Assembly: GCF_001194135.2 (NCBI RefSeq)
Contig: NC_069003.1
Location: 20,340,038-20,404,037 of the forward strand
From: Octopus bimaculoides
Lineage: Eukaryota
DNA: 64,000 nucleotides
Direction of reading: 5' to 3'
A program made the translations under genes and the position numbers. The notes beneath the pieces are model-generated. The model made no database searches and had not been told where the DNA came from. It was given only the letters and a program-made list of their open reading frames with translations. This document shows, one piece after another, positions 1 through 13,636 of this stretch (position 1 is the first letter of the stretch; every line of letters begins with the position of its first letter).

Positions 1-228
1 CGGGTGGCACATAACATACACCATTTCGAGCGTGGCCGTTTTCGTGCGGGTGACACGTAAAAGCACCCACTACACTCTCTGAGTGGTTGGCGTTAGGAAG
101 GGCATCCAGCTGTAGAAACTCTGCCAAATCAGACTGGAGCCTGGTGTTGCCATCCGGTTTCACCAGTCCTCAGTCAAATCGTCCAACCCATGCTAGCATG
201 GAAAGCGGACGTTAAACGATGATGATGA
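1..228 (+). mobile_element. RTE 3' tail copy (young subfamily)
   Basis: Nearly identical to 28241-28470. Other tail copies lie near 800-890(-), 1090-1325, 1370-1610, 1790-1980, 2810-2960(-), 22990-23165, 27448-27660(-) and 63290-63380(-). Confidence 0.88.
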
Positions 229-420
229 TATATATATATATATATGAGAAGGAGAGAGAAAAGCAACCTTTTTTATCTTGTTTCAGTTTTTGGACTGCGG
301 CCCAGCTGGAGCATTGTCTTGAAGGGTTTTAGTGGAATAATGAGTACTGGGTTCTGAATACTTATATATCTGGCACTTATTTTGTTGCCCTTTTTTGCTG
401 AACCACTAAGATGTGGATAC

Positions 421-554
421 TAGGTGTGCCACAGTGAAACCTGAATATAAAATGTTTCCTTATACTATAAGTTACATTTTTAGTTTCGGTGTGCCACTGA
501 ATTTTGAAAAAAGTATAAGTGTGCTGCAAGTGAAAAAAAGATTGCTGATCACTG
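421..554. mobile_element. Possible hAT MITE 3' fragment
   Basis: Ends aaaaagattgctgatcactg; the other TIR is not seen. Confidence 0.3.
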
Positions 555-723
555 GTTTATGTCTCCACGTCTTGGTGGTTGAGCCAAATAGGCACCTCAT
601 AAATATTGTCACCAGTAATGTAGGGTCATCATGTTCAATCAGGGTTCAAGAAAATTCAGAAGGAGACAAAATGAAATAAAATTAAAAAAAAGATCCTCCT
701 CCTCCTCCTCCTCCTCCTCCTCC

Positions 724-797
<74 letters not shown>

Positions 798-1948
798 GTT
801 TTGATATCCAGTTTCTCACATTTGAATGGGCTGGATGGAATTCATTGAGATAGACTTTCTACAGCCAGATGCCCTCACTGTTGCCAACCCTCATAACCAG
901 ACGGGTTTTGACGGAAGATTGAAAATAAATGACACTGCTTGTATGACGGTGATGCATGTTTACAATTATCACATAACTTGATCCAAGGCAAAGGGGACAG
1001 TAACACACACACATGCATATATACATGCATACCTACGTACTGGTGATAACAGAGGACTAAGATATGTGGCGCATTGATGTACTCAAGAAGATCTGCCCAT
1101 CACAACAGAATTGATATCCTAAAACCAAAGTGCCATGTAAAAAGCATTGATGTTGGTGCTGGTGCCACATGAAAAGCACTGGTGATGGTGCATCATAAAT
1201 GGCACCCAGTACACTCTGTAAAGTGAGTGGCCATAGAAACCAAGCCAAAACAGACCAAGGAACCTGGTGCAGCCACTGGCCTTGCCAGTTCCTCTCAAAC
1301 CATCCATTAAATGATGATGATGATGATCTATAGTGCTATATAAAAGTGCATGTGCAGTGCCATATAAAAACAGCAGTGTGGTGCCATGTCAAAGTGCCCA
1401 TGCAGTGCCCTGTAACAACATCTGTGCGGTACCACATAAAAGAGCCCCCAGCACACTCTGTAAAGTGGTTGGCGTTAGGAAAGGCATCCAGCCATAGAAA
1501 CCATGCCAAATCAGCCTGGAGTCTGGTGCAGCTCCCCAGCTTGCTAGCTCTGCTCAACCCATGCCAGCATGGACAGCGGACATTAAATGATGATGATGAT
1601 GATGATGATATATATATATGCTTTTACAGCAAGACACCTGTTCCTCTTCTGCCTTACTTTATTACTTGAGTCTCTCAACTCCTGACATAAAACTGCCCCC
1701 CCTCTCTACTAAACCCTACTCTATTGAATGGTTTCTCTTTTTCTAAGTCTGTTGAGTTACTTGGTAATCTCACTAGTGGTAGTGTCACAAAGAAAGCACC
1801 CAGTACACACTGTAAAGTGGTTGGTACTAGGAAGAGCACCAAGTCATAGAGACCTTGGCAATTCAGACATTGGGGCTTGACACAGTCCTCTGGCTTGTTA
1901 GATCCTGTCAACCCATTCAACCTGTGAAAAACAGATGTTACATGGTGG

Positions 1949-1980
<32 letters not shown>

Positions 1981-2064
1981 TCTGTGTATATATGTATATA
2001 TTTATGCTTATGTATATATTATAAATATATGTATTTATTTGTATGTTTGTGGTTATATATGTGT

Positions 2065-2099
<35 letters not shown>

Positions 2100-3382
2100 A
2101 CGCACACACACACACACACGCACGCATACACACACACACACACATATAAACACACACATAATAGGTGGACAGACTGATGGAGGAATAGATATACCAATGG
2201 CATAAACAAGCTGATTGGCAGACTCAGAGACAAACAGATAGACATAACAGATGAATGGACAGGCTGTTGGATAGAACAGTAACAAGCTAGATTGATTGAT
2301 TAACATGGAGATGCACACTAATTGACATATGCATATATAAATAAATACATAACGATGTGTGTATTTCTATATGAAAATAGGTGAACAGGCTGATAGAAAT
2401 AGATTTTCCCTAACAATGTCAAAATGGTTGTTTTTCTGCACCTCAAGGTATCCAGTACGGTCTTGTATATCTTTCTATAGTTTCCCTCTTCTTTCTATCA
2501 TTTGGTCATTCATTCATTCATTCTTTTATCCATTATTACCATTATTATTATTATTATTATCATCATTATCATTATTATCATCATTATCATTATTTGGTTT
2601 GCATAAAAATCTCTCTGCCTTCCACTCCTATTCAATTGTTTTGTCCTGAAAAAAAGAAACAACTGGTTTTGTTTTTGTCTTCAAATTCTTTGTGTGTGTG
2701 TGTGTGTGTGTGTTTTTTGTCAGAGAATATACTTCCAGTGAGCACTTCAAAGAAAGAAGAGTTCTTAGAATTGTCATTGCCTTCATCATTGTCATCATCA
2801 TCACCATTTAGCATCCATTTTCCATGCTGACATGGGTTGGGTGGTTCAACAGGAGCTGGGTGAGCCAGAGGACTATGCAAAGCTATATCTTGTTTTAGCA
2901 TGATTTCTGTGGCTGGATGCCTTTTCTGATGCCAACCACTTTACAAAATTTACTGGGTGGGTTTTATGTAGCACCAGCTTCACTGAGGTCGCCAAATGAC
3001 TCACAAAACAAGACCTCCCAACTGAGTGTGTGTGTGTGTGTGTGCATGTAGTACTGAGGGTGCAATCCTGAAAGGATGAACGGCAAAATAGATCTCTGTA
3101 GGATTTGAACTCAGAATATAAAAAGCTAAAACAAATATTACATGGCATTTTGTTAGATGCTTTATATCTATTCTACCAATCTGCTGCCTGCTGTTAGTTC
3201 AATTTCTAGCAGAACCATTCCATTTCAGAACTATGTTGTGAGTTCAAATTCCACCAAGGTTGACTTAGCCTTTCATCCTTTTGGGGTCGATGAACTGAGT
3301 ATCAGTCAAGTACTTTGATGTTATAGACTTGTCTCCTCCCACAAAATTTCAGGCCATGTGCCTATAGTAGAAAGGATTCTTA

Positions 3383-3586
3383 TTTTGGTTTGGCTCAGGT
3401 TTGCTCTTATTCCTGGTAGGCTTTATGTGGTTAACAGGTTACTACCTGTAACCTTAAGTATCCATGAGTTTCCAGCAGTCTTTCAAGTGCTTAGAACCCT
3501 CCTGATAATCCTTGCTGTCCCTAAGAAAAACTTTCTGTAGGAGCTTTACTGGGCATTCTATTTCAATCTTCTTCAGCCATTTCTCT
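3383..3586 (-). mobile_element. Short Dong/R4-type 3' end
   Basis: KWLKKIEIECPVKLLQK, then after a frameshift LGTARIIRRVLST*; (TAA)n at the truncated 5' side. Confidence 0.7.
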
Positions 3587-3616
3587 ATTATTATTATTAT
3601 TATTATTATTATTATC

Positions 3617-3832
3617 AAGGTGGTGAGCTGGCACAATCATTAGCATGCTGGGCAAAATGCTTAGCTGCATTTTGTCCACCTTTACGTTTTGAGTTTAAAT
3701 TCTGCCAAGGTTGTATTTGCCTTTCATCCTTTCAGCATTGATAAATCAGGTATCAGCTGAGTACCGGGGTCAATGTAATTGACTTACCCCCTCCCACCAA
3801 ATTTCAGGCATTGTGCCTTTTGTAGAAAGGAT
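3617..3832 (+). mobile_element. tRNA-derived SINE family B (most abundant; central gcctttcatcctttcggggtcgataaa motif)
   Basis: aaggtggtgagctggcagaa head and gagttcaaattc B-box-like motif. Further copies near 3040-(minus), 3195, 13640, 13880, 18500, 28780-(minus), 29060, 29300, 31685, 31980, 34490, 37459, 38010, 61267, 61500, 62172-(minus) and 63683. Confidence 0.88.
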
Positions 3833-3837
3833 TATTA

Positions 3838-3889
<52 letters not shown>

Positions 3890-3897
3890 CATTATTA

Positions 3898-4048
3898 TTT
3901 TATGTTTGACTTTTGTTTTGCATTTGTACAAGTTGGATCCAAGTCTCATCCAGAGACCTCAAGAGACAGCAAGTTAGTTCATGTAGGTGTTATGCCTATG
4001 TACATAGTGTTGTTCTAGAGAATCTTTAAGAAACCATAAGAAAATTAT
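3898..4048 (-). mobile_element. TAA-tailed retroelement 3' UTR copy (second copy at 37703-37935)
   Basis: Two similar copies (ttttatgtttgacttttgttttgcatttgtacaagttggatccaagtctc...), each abutting (ATT)n. Confidence 0.6.
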
Positions 4049-4065
4049 TATTATTATTATTATCC

Positions 4066-4106
<41 letters not shown>

Positions 4107-4898
4107 TATCATTATTTACCTTCGGTTTATCCAAAGCATTTTCATAACTTTGTTCTAAACATCCATGCTTGTTTTCAGATGTTTAGTTGGCTTTCATTTC
4201 GTATGTTCTGAGCACTATAAAACTTTCCTTTCATAACTCCAAAGTTATTCTGATGGTTGAAATAAATCATGAATGTGTGTCATATTTCCCTTGCATTCAT
4301 GCATCATGTATGCGATGTTTACCACATGTGACACACAGGACAGGCAAAGAGTTAAATACCAGTCAAGCACAGGGATCAATATAATCAATTATCTCCTCCC
4401 CCCCTAAAACTGCTGGCCTTGTGCCATCATCTGAAGCTTATTATTGTTATCATCATTGTTATTATTATTATCATTATTAGGTTCATTCCATTGATTCTGT
4501 TCCATTCCTGTATGAAACTGATATTGGCCTTGTGCCCGGATAAAAAGAAATCATTATTAGCCACACATTTATGAATCTCCTGCAACTGTTATATGGAGTC
4601 TTGCACTTCAAGAAAGATGGCCTTCGATTAAAAATTTATAAACAAAATATAACACTATAAGTGTCAGTCTGAGATTTTTTTAGCTACCCCTTCTTCATTC
4701 TGTGTGATTAATTTATTTTTTAAATTTCTTCTTTTTTTTATTCTTATTTTATTCCCCTCTTTTTTTTTTATTTTTGGAGTGTTTAATTTATCTTCTTTAC
4801 ATACAGTACACATGAACATATGATTGTGTTACGTATGTATGTTTAAACTCGGTTATACATGTGATTATAAATGTACAGTTTTAACACCCATGTGTGTG

Positions 4899-4933
<35 letters not shown>

Positions 4934-5132
4934 GTAAAAATGCAGGTGAGCAGAAGTAGGCTTAATGAGTCTATTTTTACATGGAATACAAATAAACAAA
5001 AGGAATGATGTAATAGTCTAACACAGGCATGCACACACACACACACACTCTCAAACAAACACGTATAAATACATGCATACATATACATGTAGGTATGCAT
5101 GCCGAAACGTGTATGTATATGTGTGTGTGTGA

Positions 5133-5180
<48 letters not shown>

Positions 5181-6317
5181 GTGAGTGTGTGTGTGCATGT
5201 GTGTATTTATATAAAGGGTGATGCTTTGTATCTAGTGCAGTTGTACTTGCAACTCTTGCTTACAGCTCTCTGCTGTTGGCTAACTAATGTTGGGGAATCA
5301 AGAAGCAGCCTAGTGTGTGAGTCTTTCCCTGTCAGGTTTTGTATCATTCCTGATTTAAGATAGTAAGGTGTGATTTAAAGAGGATTTGGCTGCTATTTCT
5401 AGCAAACTAAGAGTGCATGTCAGGATCCTCCCATTGTCTTGTGTTTCTTTTCACTAGTTTACTTACTAGTATTGGAGATGATTTTCCTCAGTTTGAAAAC
5501 ATTATCGGCACAACATTTCAGTAGGTGCTCTCTCCAGTTGTTTTCTGGTGATATTATTTACTAATCCAGCACAGGGATTGAACCTGGAATCTTTATTTTA
5601 GCATCTAACCTATTGTTCCATTGGAAAGATGCTTAGCAGCCACTCACAAGGAGGGTATGACCTGATATCTCACTTGTACTATGCTTACGCTCATTGGTCC
5701 AGGGTTCCTAGATAGTGATAAAGCATATATATATATATATATAGACACTCTCTTGATCCTCACATACTTGACTTGTAGAAGTTCCAGATGTAACAACTGG
5801 AGGGAGAGAGAGAGAGAGAGTTGCATCAGTACTGGGCTGGTACCTATTTACAGCTGAGTAGATGAGGCAATGTGAAATGAAGTGCCTTGCTCAAGAATAC
5901 AATGCACTTTCTAGTTTAAGAACTGAACTTATGACTTTATGAGCCCAACTGTCTAACCACTAGGTCACACCCGTTCACATCTGAAAACACAATAGCATTA
6001 TTTTAAGGTAGATATAACATTTATTGTCCTATACCTATGTGTATGTTCTTAACTACCATGGAATATGAGAATGAACTTTTAATTTCTATTCCTAAAATTT
6101 GACTTTGAATTTTTAATATTTGATAAGATGGACATACACATCAAAGTGGGTAATGTTTTATAAAAGTCACTTAATGTAACAAATATAAAGATACTTATCC
6201 TGTCCGATTAAAGGCAAAAGTAAAAAGAATCTTTCAACACATTTCTGTGCTGTTCCTACTTTTACCTATAACCTTTGGTTTGTATAGATTCTTAACCCCT
6301 TTTCAGCCATATACATA

Positions 6318-6349
<32 letters not shown>

Positions 6350-7552
6350 NNNNNNNNNNNNNNNNNNNNNNNNNNNNNNNNNNNNNNNNNNNNNNNNNNN
6401 NNNNNNNNNNNNNNNNNNNNNNNNNNNNNNNNNNNNNNNNNNNNNNNNNNNNNNNNNNNNNNNNNNNNNNNNNNNNNNNNNNNNNNNNNNNNNNNNNNNN
6501 NNNNNNNNNNNNNNNNNNNNNNNNNNNNNNNNNNNNNNNNNNNNNNNNNNNNNNNNNNNNNNNNNNNNNNNNNNNNNNNNNNNNNNNNNNNNNNNNNNNN
6601 NNNNNNNNNNNNNNNNNNNNNNNNNNNNNNNNNNNNNNNNNNNNNNNNNNNNNNNNNNNNNNNNNNNNNNNNNNNNNNNNNNNNNNNNNNNNNNNNNNNN
6701 NNNNNNNNNNNNNNNNNNNNNNNNNNNNNNNNNNNNNNNNNNNNNNNNNNNNNNNNNNNNNNNNNNNNNNNNNNNNNNNNNNNNNNNNNNNNNNNNNNNN
6801 NNNNNNNNNNNNNNNNNNNNNNNNNNNNNNNNNNNNNNNNNNNNNNNNNNNNNNNNNNNNNNNNNNNNNNNNNNNNNNNNNNNNNNNNNNNNNNNNNNNN
6901 NNNNNNNNNNNNNNNNNNNNNNNNNNNNNNNNNNNNNNNNNNNNNNNNNNNNNNNNNNNNNNNNNNNNNNNNNNNNNNNNNNNNNNNNNNNNNNNNNNNN
7001 NNNNNNNNNNNNNNNNNNNNNNNNNNNNNNNNNNNNNNNNNNNNNNNNNNNNNNNNNNNNNNNNNNNNNNNNNNNNNNNNNNNNNNNNNNNNNNNNNNNN
7101 NNNNNNNNNNNNNNNNNNNNNNNNNNNNNNNNNNNNNNNNNNNNNNNNNNNNNNNNNNNNNNNNNNNNNNNNNNNNNNNNNNNNNNNNNNNNNNNNNNNN
7201 NNNNNNNNNNNNNNNNNNNNNNNNNNNNNNNNNNNNNNNNNATTTTTTTTATATAATTGGCATCATTGGATTCCTCTAGTGGAGGTCTATCAGCAAAGTT
7301 GAATTTAAATATAGTTTTCTTTTGAAATAAGAATAATATTTGGAGTCAAAGTCGATTTTTCTACTAAATATTTTTGCATATAACTAATGAGTATAAATTC
7401 CTCTCGCCAAGATCTATCATATAAACTAAAAGAAAATATTGATTTCTTAAAAAAAAAAAAAAATATGTGGACTTGATTTCAGGCATTACTCTCCTGTTTT
7501 TGACCTTACATATTTGACTGAACCTTTTTTCCTGCTGAACTAATTTTCAAAT

Positions 7553-7757
7553 AATACAGTTCTATATTTAAGAGATGAGGAATTATGTACATTATTTACA
7601 TTTGATGGATATTTGTCCTCATCTTGTTTGTTGTTAACGTTTCGGCTGATATACCCTTCAGCCTTCATGAGCCTGATGTAGGCTGGAGGGTATATCAGCC
7701 GAAACGTGTTAACAAGAAACAAGATGAGGACAAAATTTCGGTCAAATGTAAATAATG
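7553..7757. mobile_element. Mini Penelope-derived insertion: two pLTR ends head-to-head
   Basis: Arms centred near 7670 are reverse complements and match the pLTRs at 52349 and 56437; 12-bp TSD TAATTTTCAAAT at 7541-7552 and 7758-7769. Confidence 0.8.
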
Positions 7758-9144
7758 TAATTTTCAAATGTTTTAGCTTGAAGTGTGGTTTATAATGTGA
7801 CCAATCAAAAAAATGTAAACATTATCTAATTTGGTTACAAACTGAATTAGTGACAAAGACTAGAAGTGGCCATGAGTGAGTAAATGTTGACCTTAAGACT
7901 GTCATGTGTGAATGATATATATATATATATATTATTATTATTATTATTATCATTATTATTATTTTTTTTTTTTCCTCTTCTCTATCCTTTTATATCCCTG
8001 TCTCTCAATAGACTCCTGGTTAATCCTTAAACTAAAAATTGTAGCTTCATCCAGTGTAACTTTTGCATTATTTTTCTACATGTTTATACCTTGTAACTCT
8101 TACATGGTAATATGGAATTAAAAATATACCCAGTTTTCCAGTCTTTGCCTTTGTTTACCTATCTGTCTATCAGTCTATATATCTGTCTGTCTGTTTCCTC
8201 TCTCTCTCTCTCTCTCTCTTTATATATATATATGTATAGGCGCAGGAGTGGCTGTGTGGTAAGTAGCTTGCTTACTAACCACATGGTTCCGGGTTCAGTC
8301 CCACTGCGTGGCACCTTGGGCAAGTGTCTTCTACTATAGCCTCGGGCTGACCAAAGCCTTGTGAGTGGATTTGGTAGACGGAAACTGAAAGAAGCCCGTC
8401 GTATATATGTATGTATATATATACGTATGTGTGTGTATATGTTTGTGTGTCTGTATTTGTCCCCCCAACTTCGCTTGACAACCGTTGCNNNNNNNNNNNN
8501 NNNNNNNNNNNNNNNNNNNNNNNNNNNNNNNNNNNNNNNNNNNNNNNNNNNNNNNNNNNNNNNNNNNNNNNNNNNNNNNNNNNNNNNNNNNNNNNNNNNN
8601 NNNNNNNNNNNNNNNNNNNNNNNNNNNNNNNNNNNNNNNNNNNNNNNNNNNNNNNNNNNNNNNNNNNNNNNNNNNNNNNNNNNNNNNNNNNNNNNNNNNN
8701 NNNNNNNNNNNNNNNNNNNNNNNNNNNNNNNNNNNNNNNNNNNNNNNNNNNNNNNNNNNNNNNNNNNNNNNNNNNNNNNNNNNNNNNNNNNNNNNNNNNN
8801 NNNNNNNNNNNNNNNNNNNNNNNNNNNNNNNNNNNNNNNNNNNNNNNNNNNNNNNNNNNNNNNNNNNNNNNNNNNNNNNNNNNNNNNNNNNNNNNNNNNN
8901 NNNNNNNNNNNNNNNNNNNNNNNNNNNNNNNNNNNNNNNNNNNNNNNNNNNNNNNNNNNNNNNNNNNNNNNNNNNNNNNNNNATCTATACTATAAAAAGG
9001 AAAATTTGAGAAATTATGAATTTCTTGCATCCCCACTCCCTACCCCCCATTTATCCACTGTGATTCAAAAACATTATGGAGATGTACTTGCATAGCAAGT
9101 AACTTGATCTGAGATTGCGTGCTGAAACAAAAACAATTGCAGCA

Positions 9145-9408
9145 TGAAAGATGTTTGTAAGCCATTCAAGAACACACAAAAACAGTTAGTTTCACTTCAA
9201 CATTTAAATTTCATTTGTGTCAAAATATTTCCATCACTTTGAAACCTCGACCTGTTCACTGACAAAACTTCATAAAAGTGATGCAGCACAAAGTTTTGTC
9301 AGTGAACAGGTTGTGGTTTCAAAGCCATGAAAATATTTTGACTCAAATAAAATTTAAATGTTGACGTGAAACTGCTTTTGTGTGTTCTTGAATGGCTTAC
9401 ATCTTCCA
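9145..9408. repeat. Long inverted repeat / foldback element
   Basis: Arms 9145-9270 and 9291-9408 are reverse complements around a 20-nt spacer. Confidence 0.9.
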
Positions 9409-10309
9409 CACTGCTATTGTTGATGACTTAAATATTGAGTTACGCAAAGGATAATAACATACTTTCTAGTAGCATACTTTTCGATTAGAAAATGATTTTT
9501 TTTTACACACATGCACGCACGCACGCACACACACATATACGCGGCTTTGCTTGATTCAGGTGGGGGTAAAAATTTAGATTGCAATTCATTTTGTAGTTTC
9601 TCTTCCACCAATGGACCATGCGTGTGTTACTTCAGCATCATAATTCCATAAACTGTGTTTAACGGGAGAAAAATATTGGAAAAACATCAATACATGTGAG
9701 AGTGAAAAGTGAGGGTGATTTGGGTTGTGCTAGAAACAACAGCGAAACCTCCCTTGAATTATTCACCTTTTCTTCTGAAAATATTTACATTTTTTTTTTT
9801 GCTACCGCATGGTTTTTAAGTTAAAAACGAAAATGGCCAAAATCAGTCTGGATAGGGTGAAAGGTAAAAGAATAAGTACAGCCGGTGTTTAAGGTTAGGG
9901 TTAAGGTTACGCCAAAAATGGGTGGTGTGTGTATTCTTTACCTCCACAGTTATTATTGTATTCTAAACAGCCGTAACAACAAAATCACTTCAAAATCTTT
10001 TTTACAAAAATTATATGGTATTTTAAAAAATTTTCATTCAATAAATAATGTTTTTACATTATGTATACATTAATAGAAAAAAACCGTTGGTTTTCCAAAT
10101 AGCGAATGAAAACTTGAAATAAAAACATTAAAAGAGAAAGTGAGAGACTTCTCAAATGAAAATGGAATACTCTGCAGTGAATGCAATGAATATTTAAATT
10201 TGTCAAGAATTGGATGCAGCGAATGTAATGAATATTTAAATTTGCGAGAAATTGGAGTTAAAAAATTGAATAAACTTGAGAAATCGAAATTATAGGAAAT
10301 TTCTTAGAA

Positions 10310-13020
10310 CATCATCATCATCGTCATCATCATCATCATCATCATCATCATCGTTTAATGTCTGCTTTCCATGCTGGCATGGGTTGGACGGTTTGACTGA
10401 GGACTGGCGAGCCAGATCGCTGCACCAGGCTCCAATCTGATCTGGCAGAGTTTCTACAGCTGGATTCCCTTCCTAATGCCAACCACTCCAAGAGTGTAGT
10501 GGGTGGTTTTACGTGCCACTAGCATGAGGTCCAGTCAGGCAGTACTGGCAACAACCTCGCTCAAATGGTGTTTTTCACATGCTACTGGTACAAGTGCCAA
10601 TAAGGTGACTCTGGTAACGATCACGCTCGAATGGTGCCTTTTATGTGCCACTGGTATGGGAGCCAATCAGCGGCGCTGGTGACAATCACGCTCAGATGGT
10701 GATCTTAACGTTCCACTAGCACAGATGCCAGTCAGGCAGTGTTGTCATTGGTCGCGTCAGCGAATTTGATTTCGATTTCACTTGTCTCAACAGGTCTTCG
10801 CAAGCAGAGTTTAGTGCTCAGTGAAGGAAAGGTATGCCTAAGTGGGCTGGTTACACCACTGGCATAGGCCACAGGTTATAGTCTCACTTGGCTTGCCAGG
10901 TCTTCTCAAGCACAGCATATTTCCAAAGGTCTCGGTCACTAGTCATTGCCTCGGTGAGGCCAAATGTTCAAAGGTTCACCACCTCGTCTCAGGTCTTCCA
11001 CAGGTTCCTTCAGCCACTATGGTGTGACACTTTTTCACACAGCTATCCTCATCCATTCTCACCACATGACCATACCAGCGCAGTCGTCTCTCTTGCACAC
11101 CACATCTGATGCTTNNNNNNNNNNNNNNNNNNNNNNNNNNNNNNNNNNNNNNNNNNNNNNNNNNNNNNNNNNNNNNNNNNNNNNNNNNNNNNNNNNNNNN
11201 NNNNNNNNNNNNNNNNNNNNNNNNNNNNNNNNNNNNNNNNNNNNNNNNNNNNNNNNNNNNNNNNNNNNNNNNNNNNNNNNNNNNNNNNNNNNNNNNNNNN
11301 NNNNNNNNNNNNNNNNNNNNNNNNNNNNNNNNNNNNNNNNNNNNNNNNNNNNNNNNNNNNNNNNNNNNNNNNNNNNNNNNNNNNNNNNNNNNNNNNNNNN
11401 NNNNNNNNNNNNNNNNNNNNNNNNNNNNNNNNNNNNNNNNNNNNNNNNNNNNNNNNNNNNNNNNNNNNNNNNNNNNNNNNNNNNNNNNNNNNNNNNNNNN
11501 NNNNNNNNNNNNNNNNNNNNNNNNNNNNNNNNNNNNNNNNNNNNNNNNNNNNNNNNNNNNNNNNNNNNNNNNNNNNNNNNNNNNNNNNNNNNNNNNNNNN
11601 NNNNNNNNNNNNNNNNNNNNNNNNNNNNNNNNNNNNNNNNNNNNNNNNNNNNNNNNNNNNNNNNNNNNNNNNNNNNNNNNNNNNNNNNNNNNNNNNNNNN
11701 NNNNNNNNNNNNNNNNNNNNNNNNNNNNNNNNNNNNNNNNNNNNNNNNNNNNNNNNNNNNNNNNNNNNNNNNNNNNNNNNNNNNNNNNNNNNNNNNNNNN
11801 NNNNNNNNNNNNNNNNNNNNNNNNNNNNNNNNNNNNNNNNNNNNNNNNNNNNNNNNNNNNNNNNNNNNNNNNNNNNNNNNNNNNNNNNNNNNNNNNNNNN
11901 NNNNNNNNNNNNNNNNNNNNNNNNNNNNNNNNNNNNNNNNNNNNNNNNNNNNNNNNNNNCTCTATTATTGCCTGGAGGACTATGATAAATAGGAGGGGGC
12001 TGAGGACTGAACCTTGGTGGACCCCTACCCCTCCTCGGAATTCTTCACTGTACTCATTGCCAACCCTCACCTTACTGACAGCGTCTCTGTACATAGCTCG
12101 CACAGCTCTCACTAACCATTCATCTATCCCTAGTTTCCTCATTGACCATCAGATAAGGGATCTAGGGACCCTGTCGAAGGCTTTCTCCATGTCAACAAAA
12201 GCCAGTTACCGGGGTTTATCTTTGGCTAGGTATTTCTCCTGCAGCTGTCTTACTAGAAATATAGCATCAGTGATGTTTTTCCCTGCCACAAACCCAAACT
12301 GCATCATGTCTAGACTAACCCACTCCCTAATTAGTTGGGCTACAACCCTCTCCATGACTTTCATTACCTGATCTAACGGCTTGATACCTCTGTAATTATT
12401 TGTATCTAATGCGTCACCTTTACCTTAGTAGCAGGTGAATGTAATGCTGCTACACCAGTCATTGGGTATGACTCCTTCATGTTATCACCTGGTTGACTAT
12501 ACGGGTGACTAGGCTACAGCTGACACCGCCAGATATTTTGAGCATCTCTGCGGTGATTCCTGATGGGCGGGGGCTTTCCCTGTCTTCATACCCTTAATTG
12601 CTTTATGTACCAAGGCACTGTCAATTTGAATAGCTGGTCCCTCTGTTGGGTTGGCATTTGGCAGACTCTTTTTCTCCCATTCATTCTCTTTATTTAGCAA
12701 CCTTTCATAGTGGCGTCTCCATACCTCTCTCTTTGCAGCCTTGTTTAATGCAAGTGAACCATCATCCATGTGGACACATTTCTCTCCTACGACATCATGA
12801 TTTTCTCTCACACACTGTCTTGCAACATGAAATACCTGAAGTCTTTGGTCCTCACGGTGCAGAACATTGGCAAATCTTTCCTTATCTGCTTCCCCTCTGG
12901 CTAAATAATCCTGTCTCCTAGCTTCCTTTCTGGCAGTGTGGTACCATTCCCTGCTACCACCATTCTTCCAGTCCTTCCAAGCCTGTTTCTTTTCCCTAAT
13001 GGCCCTGTCAACAACATGAA
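10310..13020 (-). mobile_element. 5'-truncated RTE-clade LINE (RT domain), with internal assembly gap
   Basis: FVDMEKAFDRVP...GVHQGSVLSPLLF RT motifs; C-terminus CGVQERRLRWYGHVVRMDEDSCVKKC; 3' UTR ending in (GAT)n; stops and frameshifts present. Confidence 0.92.
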
Positions 13021-13336
13021 TTTATAAAAATATTTCCAAATGGTCAACCCTTTAATAATTATTTTCTTTTCATACTTTTAATAATTGTTACATACCTAAT
13101 TAATAATCAGCTTTCTCCATTATAGTACTGGTATAAATATAATGAATAAACGAGTTATAAATAAGACAATCATTATTATTATTCCAATAATTAACCTCAT
13201 CATTGGAGGTAAAACATTTCTTCTATCTATTATTGACATTATTAAAGTGAGTTAGGTAGAATGGTTGTATCATTTAGAGCGTTGGTAATCTTTACTTTCT
13301 TAACATCTTCTGCTCAAATCCTATACTAACAAAATC

Positions 13337-13636
13337 AAAAAACGGCACAGCACCCATGACTTTTGGAAACATTTTTTCATGTTGAGAATTGCTGAAGTGT
13401 GGAATAAACTACTCACACCAGTTGTTAGCTGTCAGGACAATACATCCTCTAAAACTACCATGCTTCCTGAAATTCACCAGCAGTGCACCTGATGCCACCC
13501 ACTCTTTTTTTTTTAACTCTTTTACTGTTCATTTTCTGTGAATTATTCTGTATACTGTTCATACACTTTTGGTTACCTTTTTTTGATGAGTTGTAGTGCA
13601 CCTGAGTACTGTATACAATAATTTCATTATTATTAT
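13337..13636 (+). mobile_element. CR1/L2-like LINE extreme 3' end
   Basis: KHFFMLRIAEVWNKLLTPVVSC...KTTMLPEIHQQCT* resembles the CR1/L2 ORF2 C-terminus (HFF..RV...WN.LP..VV); short UTR and ATT tail follow. Confidence 0.6.

Noticed and set aside
7331-7370. NNIWSQ resembling NIWSH
   Set aside because: Short chance match followed by a stop; the true exon is at 14073
8012-8106. Possible exon DSWLILKLKIVASSSVTFALFFYMFIPCNSYM as the missing PAQR3 exon
   Set aside because: No resemblance to the PAQR N-terminus (NPYI..GYR) and its phase-0 end does not fit the phase-2 start at 14073
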